Positions 26,223-35,980 of a stretch of DNA of 64,000 bases are shown in pieces; position 1 is the first letter of the stretch; each line of letters begins with the position of its first letter. A program made the translations under genes and the position numbers. Below the pieces are notes generated by a model. It had not been told where the DNA came from, did not search any database, and worked only from the letters and a program-made list of their open reading frames with translations. Source of the stretch: Candidatus Ribeiella danica (GTDB taxonomy: Bacteria; Chloroflexota; Chloroflexia; Chloroflexales; Roseiflexaceae). The DNA is taken from assembly GCA_016717335.1 (NCBI GenBank), contig JADKFS010000012.1:29421-93420 (forward strand), in the 5' to 3' direction.

Positions 26223-28523
26223 ATGAATGCACTTCCTTATGTCATTCTCTTCTTGATACCGGCGGCCACCTCGGCGGCGCTGGCCGCGTACGGCTGGCCG
26301 CGCCGAACCAGCGAGTCCAGGCCGTTCAGCCTGCTCATGGGCGCGGTTGCGCTCTGGTCGATCTGCCACGCGCTCAGCGTCGCCAGCCCGACCTTCGAGG
26401 GCACGCTGTTCTGGGCGCAGGTGCAGTACGCCGGGATCGTGCTGGTCGGCCCGCTCTGGCTGCTGTTCGCGCTGGCCTACGCGAACCGCTGGGAGCTGGC
26501 AACGCGCACGCGGCAGATCGTCCTGCTGGCGCCATCGGCCCTTGCGTTCGTCGCAGTGCTCACCAACAGCTGGCACCGGCTCTGGTGGCCCAGCGTGCTG
26601 CCGGACACCAGCCGCGACTTCATGTCGCTGGCGGTGACGCGCGGCCCGCTGTTCTGGCTGCACGCCACCTACAGCTACGGCTGCGTGCTGTTTGGCATGG
26701 GGCTGTTCGTCTACACCATGATCGAGTCGCGCCTGATCTACCGCAACCAGGCCCGGCTGGTCGTGCTCGGCGGGCTGTTCCCGCTGGTCGGGAACATCGC
26801 GCTGCTGATGGGCCTCCGGCTGCGCTACATCGACGACCCGACGCCGTTCCTGTTCGTCGGATCGGGGCTGGTGATGTTCTACGCCGCCCGCCACTACCAC
26901 CTGCTCGACCTCGCGCCAGTCGCGCAGCGCGAGATCTTCGAGGGCATGCCCGATGGCGTCGTCGTGCTCGACCGGCGCGGCGTGGTCGCGGCTGTCAACA
27001 CCGCCGCGGCGCGGCTGCTGGCGATCGAGCCGGGGGCCTGGGTCGGGCAGGCCGCGCGTAATCTGGCGAACAGCTCGCCGCTGGCGGGCGCGCTGGGCAA
27101 CCTGCTGGAGGCGCCGGCAGCCGGCGCGCCCACCGCTACGATCACCGCCACCTACACCGGCCACGACGGGCAGCGCGTCGTGGAGGCGCGGCTGCGCCCG
27201 CTGGCGGCCGGCCAGCGCGAGCGCGCGGGCGCGATGCTGCTGCTGCGCGATGTCACCGAGCAGGCGCGCCTGGCCCAGCAGCTCGATCGGCGGCTGGGCG
27301 AGCTGACGCTGCTGAACGAGATCGCGCGCGCCGCCAACGCCGCCGCGCAGACCGGCGACCTGCTGCGGACGATCACGGGCGAGATCATCCGCGCGATGGC
27401 CTGGGACCGGGTCGTGATCGGGATCTTGCAGCCCGACGACAGCACGCTCCGGATTGTGGTCGACGAGTCGCCGCACGAGATCGAGCAGAGCGAGGGCAAC
27501 GACGTAAGCGCGGCCGATTTTGGGCTGATCTTCGAGATCATGCGCACCGGCGAGACGTGCGTGCTCAACGCCGCCGACCCGGCGCTGAGCGGCACGACCA
27601 CCCTGGCGACGATGCGGCGGCTCGATCTGCAGACCGGCCTGGTGGCGCCGCTCTACCAGCGCGGCGCCGCGCTGGGCGTGCTGCTGGTCGGGCACACCGC
27701 CGCGCAGGCGATCGCGCCCGAGGACCTGCGGCTGTACGAGACGGTCGGCAAGCTGATCGGCGACGCGATCACCCGCGCGCGGCTGTACGAGGCGGCCAAC
27801 GAGGCCAGCGCGCTCAAGTCGGCGTTCCTGGCGACGATCAGCCACGAGCTGCGCACGCCGCTGACCTCGATCATCGGGTACGCCGACATGCTGGAGGGCG
27901 GGATCTTCGGGCAGCTGCCCGAGGCCGCGATCGAGCCGCTCGACCACGTGCGGCGCAGCGGCCAGGCGCTGCTGCGCATGATCAACGACATCCTGGACTT
28001 CTCGAAGATGGAGGCCGGCCACTTCAACGTGGACCTCTACCCGGTCGATCTGGCGACGGTGATCCGCGGCGTGGCCGGGGCGCTGCTGCCGCAGATCCGC
28101 CAGCGCGAGCTCGGCCTGGCGCTGGATCTCGCGCCGGACCTGCCGCTGGTGCAGGCCAACAGCACGCGTCTGGAGCAGGTGGTGACCAACCTGCTCGCCA
28201 ACGCGATCAAGTTCACCGACGCCGGATCGATCAGCGTGCGGGCCGAGGTCCACGGCGACCGGGTGCGGATCAGCGTCGAGGACACCGGGATCGGCATCGC
28301 GCCCGAGGAGGTGCGCCAGCTGTTCCAGCCGTTCCACCAGATCGACAACCAGATCACCCGGCGCTACGGCGGCAGCGGCCTGGGCCTGGCGATCAGCCGC
28401 CGGCTGATCGATCTCATGCACGGGACGATCGGGGTCGAGAGCGCGCCCGGCGCCGGCTCGACGTTCTACTGCGAGCTGCGGGTCGCCGCGCACAGCTCGC
28501 TGATGGAGATCGCAGTCAGCTGA
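26223..28523 (+). CDS. Sensor histidine kinase: N-terminal 7TM sensor, PAS, GAF, HisKA, HATPase_c
   Basis: 766 aa; 7 TM helices in first 230 aa; ATISHELRTPLTSIIGY H-box; NLLANAIKFTD...DTGIGI...GGSGLGLAI ATPase motifs. Confidence 0.85.
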   Translation: MNALPYVILFLIPAATSAALAAYGWPRRTSESRPFSLLMGAVALWSICHALSVASPTFEGTLFWAQVQYAGIVLVGPLWLLFALAYANRWELATRTRQIVLLAPSALAFVAVLTNSWHRLWWPSVLPDTSRDFMSLAVTRGPLFWLHATYSYGCVLFGMGLFVYTMIESRLIYRNQARLVVLGGLFPLVGNIALLMGLRLRYIDDPTPFLFVGSGLVMFYAARHYHLLDLAPVAQREIFEGMPDGVVVLDRRGVVAAVNTAAARLLAIEPGAWVGQAARNLANSSPLAGALGNLLEAPAAGAPTATITATYTGHDGQRVVEARLRPLAAGQRERAGAMLLLRDVTEQARLAQQLDRRLGELTLLNEIARAANAAAQTGDLLRTITGEIIRAMAWDRVVIGILQPDDSTLRIVVDESPHEIEQSEGNDVSAADFGLIFEIMRTGETCVLNAADPALSGTTTLATMRRLDLQTGLVAPLYQRGAALGVLLVGHTAAQAIAPEDLRLYETVGKLIGDAITRARLYEAANEASALKSAFLATISHELRTPLTSIIGYADMLEGGIFGQLPEAAIEPLDHVRRSGQALLRMINDILDFSKMEAGHFNVDLYPVDLATVIRGVAGALLPQIRQRELGLALDLAPDLPLVQANSTRLEQVVTNLLANAIKFTDAGSISVRAEVHGDRVRISVEDTGIGIAPEEVRQLFQPFHQIDNQITRRYGGSGLGLAISRRLIDLMHGTIGVESAPGAGSTFYCELRVAAHSSLMEIAVS

Positions 28524-28739
28524 CGAAAAGCAGGGCGGTGCTCACCCGCCATTATATGCCATGTTTTGCAGCCCCTTTACACGGCTTTGACGCGCCGCTT
28601 TCCGCTCACCCTTACTCCTGAGTGGGCTCGAAGAGTTCGATCGGGTTGCCCGGTCGTGGCGCGTCCAAGCGCATTACCACCCAGGGCTTCGGCCGTCCAA
28701 CCCGCACCAGTGTGTCCTATCAGCCGAGCGGTTCCTGAG

Positions 28740-29000
28740 CTAGCGCAGGAACTCCCGCACCAGCCCCAGCGCCTGGTCGGTCTTGGTGATCGACGCCAGG
28801 CCGTTCTCCTCGATGCCGCTCAGCGCGCGGATGGCGGCGATCGTCTCCGGCACGACGATCGCCTGGTTGTAGACCTGGTAGTTGTAGAACAGTTCGCTGC
28901 CCTGCACCGTCAGGCTATCCTCCCACAACCCGACCTCCCACATGTCGCCGCGCGGACGCCCCAAGTCGGCCATCAACTCCAGCGTGCTGTTGAGCGCCAC
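28740..29000 (-). CDS. Hypothetical protein (86 aa)
   Basis: High-GC3 ORF, non-repetitive sequence MALNSTLELMADLGRPRGDMWEVGLWEDSLTVQGSELFYNYQVYNQ...; downstream of yidD on same strand. Confidence 0.45.
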   Translation of the reverse strand: MALNSTLELMADLGRPRGDMWEVGLWEDSLTVQGSELFYNYQVYNQAIVVPETIAAIRALSGIEENGLASITKTDQALGLVREFLR

Positions 29001-29139
29001 GACCCCCTCTGAGGCGCGCAGAGGCGCGATCCGCGGCGCGCTGCGGGAGGCGCGCGGCGGTATGGCCCGATCTGGGCGAGCGGCAGCGTATCGGAGGGCG
29101 ACGCGCAGCGGCCACTATACACAAACGGCTCGACCGGCG

Positions 29140-29361
29140 CTACGGCACCGGGTCGTAGCCGCCTTCTGCCCATGGGTGGCAGCGCAGGATGCGCCTGGTG
29201 CCCAGCCAGCCGCCTTTGAGGATGCCGTACTTCTGGATCGCCTGGTACATATAGGTCGAGCAGCCAGGCGTGTAGATGCAGCTCGGCGGCAGCGCCGGGC
29301 TGATGAACTTCTGGTAGAGCCTGATCAGCATCAGGAAGGGCCAGTTGATCGCCTGTTTCAT
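29140..29361 (-). CDS. yidD: Membrane protein insertion efficiency factor YidD
   Basis: 73 aa; [31 protein letters not shown]...[17 protein letters not shown] matches YidD family signature (CxxxPxCSxY, GGYDPVP). Confidence 0.85.
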   Translation of the reverse strand: MKQAINWPFLMLIRLYQKFISPALPPSCIYTPGCSTYMYQAIQKYGILKGGWLGTRRILRCHPWAEGGYDPVP

Positions 29362-29873
29362 TGCCGTAGGATCTCCCAGATCAAATGGGGCAGCTCGGGG
29401 ATAATCAGCTTCTCGAGCGCGAGCCGGACCGCGCCGGTCGAGCCGGGCATGCAGAAGATCACCGTGTCGCCGAGCAGCCCGGCGGTGGCGCGCGAGAGCA
29501 TGGCGGCCGGGCCGATCTCGCCGTAGGAGAGCATCCGGAACAGCTCGCCGAAGCCGGTCAGCCGCCGCTCGATCAGGGCGTCGATCGCCTCGAACGTGCT
29601 ATCGCGCCGCGAGATGCCGGTGCCGCCGCTGGTGAGAATCACCTGGCAGCCCGCGCCGGCCAGCTCGCGCACCAGCGCGGCGATCTCGGCCGGCTCGTCC
29701 CTGACGACATCGTAGCGCGCCACCGTGTGGCCGTGGGCCGTCAGGATCTCGCGGATCGCCGCGCCGCTCGTGTCGGTCGCGGGCGTGCGCGTGTCGCTGA
29801 TCGTGATGACGCCGCAGCGGATGGCGCGCGGCGCCTCGGCCTGCGCGCGCTGCTCGTGCTCCTGGTAGCCCAT
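29358..29873 (-). CDS. moaB: Molybdenum cofactor biosynthesis protein B (MoaB/MogA family)
   Basis: [13 protein letters not shown]...[35 protein letters not shown] matches MoaB/MogA GGTG motif region; start taken at MGYQEHEQ (29873), track start 29942 possible; ATGA overlap with yidD. Confidence 0.75.
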   Translation of the reverse strand: MGYQEHEQRAQAEAPRAIRCGVITISDTRTPATDTSGAAIREILTAHGHTVARYDVVRDEPAEIAALVRELAGAGCQVILTSGGTGISRRDSTFEAIDALIERRLTGFGELFRMLSYGEIGPAAMLSRATAGLLGDTVIFCMPGSTGAVRLALEKLIIPELPHLIWEILRQ

Positions 29874-29980
29874 AGACGACTGCCCGCCCTCCCGTGCTGG
29901 CCGGCCTGCCGGCGCAGGATCGGCACTATCGTACCACGACATGCGCGCGCGTGTCCAGAGATGCGGCTGGCGCCTGCCGC

Positions 29981-30075
29981 CCCCTCACCCCCTGCCCCCT
30001 CTCCCGCCGGGAGAGGGGGGAATTATTGGCTCGGCACGGGGTTTCGGCGGAGCTGAAACCCCGTGCCGAGCTACC
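29981..30075. repeat. MITE/REP-like element, family A (CCCCTCACCCCCTGCCCCCTCTCCCGCCGGGAGAGGGGGG + CGGCACGGGGTTTCGGCGGAGCTGAAACCCCGTGCCG hairpin)
   Basis: Read directly; same GGGGTTTCGGC..GCCGAAACCCC hairpin module as 9283-9418 and 63668-63806 copies. Confidence 0.85.
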
Positions 30076-30099
30076 GTTTCAACCCGACGAGTTCCATCC

Positions 30100-30235
30100 C
30101 GCCGCGCCTGGATTCCGCCGGGCACGCGCGCCAAGCCTGGCGCACGAGGCAGCCTTCTTTTTGGGGTCCAGGGGCGAAGCCCCCGACAAGCTACGGGTGC
30201 GCAAGACGCAAGCGGGGCTGCGCGGCCCAAGCAAC
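30100..30235. repeat. Repeat family C (CGCCTGGATTCCGCCGGGCA...CTTTTTGGGGTCCAGGGGCGAAGCCCC), single copy
   Basis: cgccgcgcctggattccgccgggcacgcgcgccaagcctggcgcacgaggcagccttctttttggggtccaggggcgaagcccc; same unit is 3x tandem at 47585-48130. Confidence 0.8.
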
Positions 30236-30420
30236 TCCCGCTTGACTCGCATGAACATTTGTTCTATAATCGAAGGCACACCATCGCACCCACAACGATA
30301 CTCGGACGGCGAGAGCCACTTGCGCCCGCCACCTGGCGGCTGCGCGCCGGAACCACCTCGGGACTCGATTCGGAATATCGATCGCTTGACTGCTCGTTTC
30401 GTGTAGCAAGGAGGATGCGT

Positions 30421-30789
30421 ATGTCGCGAGTTGTTCACTTTGAGCTGGCCGCCGACGATCCGGAGCGCGCGAGCCGGTTCTACAGCGCGGTGCTCGGCTG
30501 GAAGATCGACAAGTGGGACGGGCCGCAGGACTACTGGCTCGCCACGACGGGCGATGCCGCACAGCCCGGCATCGACGGCGCGATCATGCGGCGCGCCCCC
30601 CAGATGCCGTCGGTGATCAACACGGTCGACGTCGCCTCGGTCGACGAGGCGGTGGCGAAAGTGACCGCGAACGGCGGGCAGGTGGTCGAGCCCAAGATGG
30701 CCATCCCCGGCGTGGGCTACCTGGCCTACTGCCTGGACACCGAGGGCAATATGTTCGGCCTGATGCAGAGGGAGCGCTCGGCCACATAG
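30421..30789 (+). CDS. VOC family protein (glyoxalase/bleomycin-resistance fold)
   Basis: ATG 30421 after AGGAGG; 122 aa; MSRVVHFELAADDPERASRFYSAVLGWKIDKW...GNMFGLMQ typical VOC single-domain protein. Confidence 0.75.
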   Translation: MSRVVHFELAADDPERASRFYSAVLGWKIDKWDGPQDYWLATTGDAAQPGIDGAIMRRAPQMPSVINTVDVASVDEAVAKVTANGGQVVEPKMAIPGVGYLAYCLDTEGNMFGLMQRERSAT

Positions 30790-30825
30790 CGCCAGTCGTC
30801 AGCCGTCAGTACGACTTGTCGTACC

Positions 30826-30950
30826 ATCCCCCACACCCCCGCCCCGCGGGGGAGATCGTTTGTGGGTGTGGCGCGGCGGCGAAGCCGCCGCGCCACACCC
30901 ACGAAAAAGAAACCCCCTCCCCTGGCAGGGGAGGGGGCAGGCGGTGGGGT
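30826..30950. repeat. Repeat family D (CCCACACCCACGAAAAAGAAACCCCCTCCCCTGGCAGGGGAGGGGG) preceded by inverted CCCACACCC/GGGTGTGG arms
   Basis: Read directly; second copy at 52176-52240. Confidence 0.8.
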
Positions 30951-30982
30951 TTATAACATACGGGATGACCCTGGCGCGAGCC

Positions 30983-33019
30983 CTATGAGCCTGCGCCGTT
31001 CGGCTTGAGCGGCGTCGTCGGAACCGTGACCGGGGCAGCCGGCAGGCCCTGCTTCGGCTGCTCGGCCAGCAGGCGCTGCATGATCTGCTCGCGCATCGCG
31101 GCGGCCTCCGGGCGCACTATAGTGCCATTACCGGCCACCGAGGTGCCCATCCGCTCGGAGAGGAGCATCGCGAGCAGCCCTTCCATCAGGTTGCCGCCGC
31201 TGGCAGTGCCACTGCCGCCGCCGCCAACCACCACCTGCGGCACGATGCTCACGCCGGCCTTCTCGATCGCCTCTGCGAAGCGGTTCATCACCTGCTGGGT
31301 GACCTGGAACTGCGGGCCGCCGTAGGCGCGGACCTTCTCCTCGATCGCGATCGCCTCCGCGATACCCACGCGCGCGGCCTTCTCGGCCTCGGCCTCGGCC
31401 AGCGCGCGGATGGTGGCCGCCTGCTGGAGCGAGCGCTGGTAGTCGGCCTTGCCCTGGTTGCTCTGGACGGTGATGCTGATCTCCGACTCGGTCAGCGCCT
31501 GCTGCTGGCGCGCGCGCGACTCGGCCTCGCGCAGCTCGCGCTCCTTGACGGCGGCCTTCTCCTGGCGGTTGTAGGTCTCGATCTGCTCCTCGGCGATCTG
31601 GCGCGCGCGCAGCTGCGTCAGGATCTGCTCGATCTTCTGATCGCCGGCCGATGAGGTCGGCGTGCCGATCAGCACTTCCTCCAGCTCGAGGTTGTAGCGG
31701 GCGAACTTCTCGCGCATCTGCTCGCCGGCGAGCGACTGGATGTTGCTGCGCTCCTGGATGAGCTGGATGAGGGTGCGGATCTGGCCCACGTTCTTGAAGT
31801 AGGCCGCGACCATCGGATCGAGCGTCTGCTCGACCAGCCGCTTGACATCGCCGAAGCGCTGGATGACCAGCGGCGCCTGGCGGTAGTCGATATGCACGAC
31901 GACCGAGAGCGGCAGCGACGGCTCGAAGGCGTCCTTGGTGATCAGCGAGATCTCCGACAGGTTCTCGTCCAGCCGGTGCGCGCCGGTCTCGCTCCGGTTC
32001 CACTTCAGGATGATATTGGTGGTCGGGACCATGAGGATCTTGCCGGCGTAGGTGTTGAAGGCATACTTGCCCGGCAAGAGCGGGACGCTCCAGACGCCGC
32101 GCTGGCCCTGCTGCACCATCTCGCCGTGCTTATACTCCTCGCCCGAGATATCCACGCCGATATCGCCCGTGTACGAGACCACCACGCCGACGTTGCCGAC
32201 CTCGACGGTGGTCTTCGGGATCATCTCGACGGTCGCGAACAGGCGGTTGATGTAGTAGGTGCCCTCGACCAGCACCTGGAGCTGGCGGCCGCGCATACCG
32301 CCGGCCTTCAGGAAGCGCTCGGGGTCCTGGAAGGTGTTGTGGTAGATCTCCTGGTCGCCGGAGTCGTTGCCGACGGTGGGCGCGATGATCTCGCCCTGCG
32401 GGAGCGACGGCCCATCGTGGACGGTGACGATGCCGACCAGGTCGTCGGCGCCCTTGATGATCACCGGCTGAAAGCCGCCGCGCTCCTTGATGACCTCGGC
32501 CATGCGCTTGAAGACGGCTTCCTCTTCCTTGTTCAGCGGGAGGTAGTAGACGGTGTCCTCGGTAATAACCACGAACTGCGCGAGGTTGAGGGCGTAGGTT
32601 CCCTCGCGCAAGATCTGGCGCTGTGGCCCTTGCTGCCCGCCGCTCTGCAGAAAGTCGCGCACGTCCTGGAAATTACGAGCCGTGACATTGGACGCCAGCG
32701 ACTGGGCCGGCCGGAGCGGCTGGCCATCGCGCGCGAAGATGTAGCCGATCTTGCCCTGCGGGATCGTCACGAGCGGGACGCTGTGGATGCGGTATTGGAA
32801 TGGGATAAACAGGTGCCAGCCGCCGCGCAGGACATCGGGCTGGAAACCGGCCTCGCCCTTGATCGCGATAAACCCGGACTTCACCGAGCCGCGGCCGCTG
32901 ACGAGCTTCTCCACGATGCCGACGCGGTTGTTCGGAATGTAGCGGAGAAACCCGGACATAAAAATGAGCAACAGAGCGACACCGATGACGATCGCGGGGA
33001 TCAACAGTAGCCCTGACAT
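30983..33019 (-). CDS. Flotillin-like SPFH/band-7 domain protein
   Basis: Start MSGLLLIPAIVIGVALLLIFM at 33019 (AGGAAAGGAAG SD); 678 aa; N-terminal TM, SPFH domain, long Glu/Ala/Gln-rich coiled coil (AEAEKAARVGIAEAIAIEEK...) typical of bacterial flotillins. Confidence 0.8.
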   Translation of the reverse strand: MSGLLLIPAIVIGVALLLIFMSGFLRYIPNNRVGIVEKLVSGRGSVKSGFIAIKGEAGFQPDVLRGGWHLFIPFQYRIHSVPLVTIPQGKIGYIFARDGQPLRPAQSLASNVTARNFQDVRDFLQSGGQQGPQRQILREGTYALNLAQFVVITEDTVYYLPLNKEEEAVFKRMAEVIKERGGFQPVIIKGADDLVGIVTVHDGPSLPQGEIIAPTVGNDSGDQEIYHNTFQDPERFLKAGGMRGRQLQVLVEGTYYINRLFATVEMIPKTTVEVGNVGVVVSYTGDIGVDISGEEYKHGEMVQQGQRGVWSVPLLPGKYAFNTYAGKILMVPTTNIILKWNRSETGAHRLDENLSEISLITKDAFEPSLPLSVVVHIDYRQAPLVIQRFGDVKRLVEQTLDPMVAAYFKNVGQIRTLIQLIQERSNIQSLAGEQMREKFARYNLELEEVLIGTPTSSAGDQKIEQILTQLRARQIAEEQIETYNRQEKAAVKERELREAESRARQQQALTESEISITVQSNQGKADYQRSLQQAATIRALAEAEAEKAARVGIAEAIAIEEKVRAYGGPQFQVTQQVMNRFAEAIEKAGVSIVPQVVVGGGGSGTASGGNLMEGLLAMLLSERMGTSVAGNGTIVRPEAAAMREQIMQRLLAEQPKQGLPAAPVTVPTTPLKPNGAGS

Positions 33020-33039
33020 AGCCTGCTTCCTTTCCTGAG

Positions 33040-33460
33040 ATGTGCCTGGCTCGATCGCCGGCACGGATGCCTGCGATGCAGCACACCAGTATATACGTAA
33101 ACGCTCCGCTTTGGTTGCTGGGTACTGTGCTACTGTGCTGTTCGGGGGCTGCGCGCCCCTGCCCCCGCGCGAGTACACGTGTGTTCGGGGGGCTGCGCGC
33201 CCCCCGCGACCCCGCGGGTGGGGGTGGGCCGCCACCCCCGCCGCCCCCCGGCCGGGGCTTCGCCCCTGGACCCCAAAATGACGCTACCTCATCTTCAGCA
33301 CTTGGTGCGCATGCCCAGCTGAATCCAGGCGCGGCGAGAGACAACACGTCCGATCGGAATGGTGCCAGGCATGGGCCACCAGCAATGCAACCGGGAAGGC
33401 ATCATTTGCCAGAGGGGGGCCGGGGCGCAGCGCCCCGGAAAAGCCTCGCGCGCAGCGCGC
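33040..33460. repeat. Composite repeat cluster: GGGGCTGCGCGCCCC hairpins, family C fragment (GGGGCTTCGCCCCTGGACCCCAAAA), CGGAATGGTG..GGCATGGGCCAC..ATTGCAAC..CATCATTTGCCAGAGGGGGGCC module
   Basis: Read directly; modules shared with 24540-25100 (same orientation) and 47413-47560 (reverse orientation). Confidence 0.8.
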
Positions 33461-33463
33461 CAG

Positions 33464-35980
33464 CTAGCGCGTCAGCGCCACCTTCACCACCACCTCGCCG
33501 CGCAGGGTGATGTGGGCCGTCTGGGCAACCTGGTGGCCGTCGCTGGTCGCGCGGGCCTCGCTGGCGCTGAACACTAGGTCCTGCGCGGCGTGGCCCTTGC
33601 GGGCGAGGCGCTGCTCTGGCTGGGCGGCGATACGCAGCGGCGCGGCCGCGGCGCCCGGCAGCACGCGCTTGAGCACCGCCCGCGCGCGCGCGACTAGCGC
33701 GCCCGGCACGCGCGCCTCCTCCAGCGTTACCAGCGGCCGGTGCGCCGGCGCGCCTTCCGCGCCCGCCAGCTTCGGGGCGGCCCAGCCGGAGGCGGCGGCC
33801 AGCGGCGCCACGCCGGCCCACGGGTCGCCCAGCAGCACGAACTCGCCCAGGGTCTTGACGTCGACGTCGTCCAGGAAGCCCTGGCGGTGATAGATCGTCT
33901 GCGCGAACTCCAGCCGGGCCTGCTGCAGCGCATGGCCGACCGGCAGGCCGCGCGCCAGGTGCGCGAGCAGCCGCTGGCAGAGCAGGTCGGCGCAGACCAG
34001 CGGCGCGGCGTAGCTGCCGTAGGCGCTGGCCGTCGCGCCGACGCAGGCCAGCGCGCCCTCGGCCAGCGCGCGCAGGGGGATCGAGGTCGCGGTCGTGCGG
34101 CCGGGCAGCTCCATCCCGTAGCAGGCCTCGCTCACCAGGATGCCGCCGGCGACCACGCCGCCGATCTGGTCGGGGCGCAGCGCCACCGGCAGGCGCGACG
34201 CCGCGCCCGACCCGATCCCCTCGCCCTGGCCGTACCAGTTCGGCAGGCCGGCGCCGCCGTGCAGGTTGACGTACAGCAGCCGGCGCGCCGCCAGCGCGCG
34301 TGGGTCGAGCGCGTCGGCGTCGAGCGGCGGCGAGGCGTGCAGCGCGGCGTCGCGCTCGATCGCGTCGAGCACGGCGCGCGAGCTTTCCTGCCAGACGCGG
34401 GCGGTGTAGCCGCCGCTCAGGGCCGCCTGCGCGTGCGGCGGCCAGCGCACGCCCAGCAGCCCGCGGCCGGCAGGGATCTGAGCGACGGGCCGCGGCATCC
34501 GGCCGTGATGGTAGTCGATCATCTGATCGAGCGTGGCCAGCAGCAGCGCGGGGCTGGGGCCGGCGCCGTCCGGCAGCCGCGCGACGATGCGCTGTGGCGC
34601 CAGGTAGCCGGCGTCGTCGCTGGCGTACGGGCTATCGGACAGCACGACGCCGTCGTCGTCGTGGGCCGGGTTCGGCAGGCGGTGAAACGGGATGCACTCG
34701 TCGCCGCCGATCAGCAGCAGCACCGCCAGCTCGCGTCGCTCCTGCGCCAAGGCCGCCGACATCGCGCGCACCAGCTCGCCGATCGCCGCAGCGTCGCGCG
34801 GCACCGGCGCGAGCGAGACGCCGCCGCCGACCCGCAGCGAGGCCGCGTCGTCGAGATAGCAGCAGTGCGTCTGAAGGCCGCGCCGCCCCAGCGCGGCCGC
34901 GAGCGCGCGCAGGCGCCGATCGATCGCCGCGAAGGCTGCCTCGCCGTAGCGCTCGATCAGCGCGAACCGGCAGCCCAGCAGCACCTGGGCCTGCGGGCAA
35001 GCGGCGGCCGGGTTTGCCAGCGGCCCCGGCGCGCCTGTGACGCTGGCGACTCGCAGTCGCACGCGCTCGGTCGTGGCGATCAGGCTGCTGACATCCGGGT
35101 CGGGCTGGGGCGGTGCGGGCGGCAGGTTCGCTTTGGCGCCGGCGGCAGATTTGCGGGCCGGGCCGAGGCGGAGCGGCAGCAGCGTCAGAAACGGTCGGAT
35201 CGAGTCGAGTGCGGCTGCCCATGCCAATGCTGGCGGCGGGGCAGGCTCCCAGGGTGGCGGCTCGGGCGCGGCCAGCAGGCGCGCCTGCTGCCCGTCGGGG
35301 TCGTAGCCGGCACAGCGGGCGCGCGCGACGGCGCCGTCGCCGGGCCAGGCGCCAAGGGCCAGCTGTAGCAGTGTCGCCGGCAGGCTGGCGCGCTCCAGGT
35401 CCACGAGCAGCGCGAGCTGGCTGCGCGCCGCGCCCAGGTTATCGCAGCGCCGCAGCGCCTCGACGTAGTACAGACGCAGGTCCGCCCGCCGCGGCTCGCG
35501 CGCGAGGGCCGCCGCAAGCTCGGCGACCGCCAGGTCGGCCAGGCCGCGCCGCAGGTAGAGCACGCCCAGCCCGAGCGGCTGGGGCGAGTCGCCCAATCCA
35601 GGCGCCGTGTCGCCGAGCGGGTCGTGCAGCGCCGCCCGCCGCAGCGCAGCCTGCGACTCCTGAAGCCGCCCGCACCGCGCGAGCGCGGCGGCCAGGCCGG
35701 CCCACGCGGCGGCGCTGAGCGGGTTCAGCTTCAGCGCGCGGTGAAAGTGCGCGGCGGCCTCCTGGTGCCGACCCAGGTCGAGCAGCGCCTGGCCGAGCAG
35801 GGCCAGCGGCGAGATCGCCTCGGGCCAGCGCTCGCGCACGGCAATAGCCGCCTGCCGGGCCGCCTGAGGCTCGCCCAGGCGCAGCGCCAGCTCGATCGCG
35901 CGGCAGACCTGCTCCAGATCGAGCGGCTGGTCTTCAGAAGCCGTTGCAGCGCCAGGGTGGGCTAACAGCCGATCGCTCAT
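33464..35980 (-). CDS. TPR-repeat protein with C-terminal caspase-like (CHAT-type) peptidase domain
   Basis: True start MSDRLLAHPG at 35980 (ATGA overlap with stop of upstream NACHT gene; the track's 1033-aa version is a frame-overlap extension). N-terminal TPR-like helices; C-terminal LYVNLHGGAG...(46 aa)...GILVSEACYG gives His-Gly / Ser-x-Ala-Cys dyad spacing typical of caspase-fold CHAT/C14 peptidases. Confidence 0.7.
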   Translation of the reverse strand: MSDRLLAHPGAATASEDQPLDLEQVCRAIELALRLGEPQAARQAAIAVRERWPEAISPLALLGQALLDLGRHQEAAAHFHRALKLNPLSAAAWAGLAAALARCGRLQESQAALRRAALHDPLGDTAPGLGDSPQPLGLGVLYLRRGLADLAVAELAAALAREPRRADLRLYYVEALRRCDNLGAARSQLALLVDLERASLPATLLQLALGAWPGDGAVARARCAGYDPDGQQARLLAAPEPPPWEPAPPPALAWAAALDSIRPFLTLLPLRLGPARKSAAGAKANLPPAPPQPDPDVSSLIATTERVRLRVASVTGAPGPLANPAAACPQAQVLLGCRFALIERYGEAAFAAIDRRLRALAAALGRRGLQTHCCYLDDAASLRVGGGVSLAPVPRDAAAIGELVRAMSAALAQERRELAVLLLIGGDECIPFHRLPNPAHDDDGVVLSDSPYASDDAGYLAPQRIVARLPDGAGPSPALLLATLDQMIDYHHGRMPRPVAQIPAGRGLLGVRWPPHAQAALSGGYTARVWQESSRAVLDAIERDAALHASPPLDADALDPRALAARRLLYVNLHGGAGLPNWYGQGEGIGSGAASRLPVALRPDQIGGVVAGGILVSEACYGMELPGRTTATSIPLRALAEGALACVGATASAYGSYAAPLVCADLLCQRLLAHLARGLPVGHALQQARLEFAQTIYHRQGFLDDVDVKTLGEFVLLGDPWAGVAPLAAASGWAAPKLAGAEGAPAHRPLVTLEEARVPGALVARARAVLKRVLPGAAAAPLRIAAQPEQRLARKGHAAQDLVFSASEARATSDGHQVAQTAHITLRGEVVVKVALTR

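Noticed and set aside
26208-28493. 761-aa minus-strand ORF
   Set aside because: Antisense to the 7TM-PAS-GAF histidine kinase, whose motifs are unambiguous on the plus strand.
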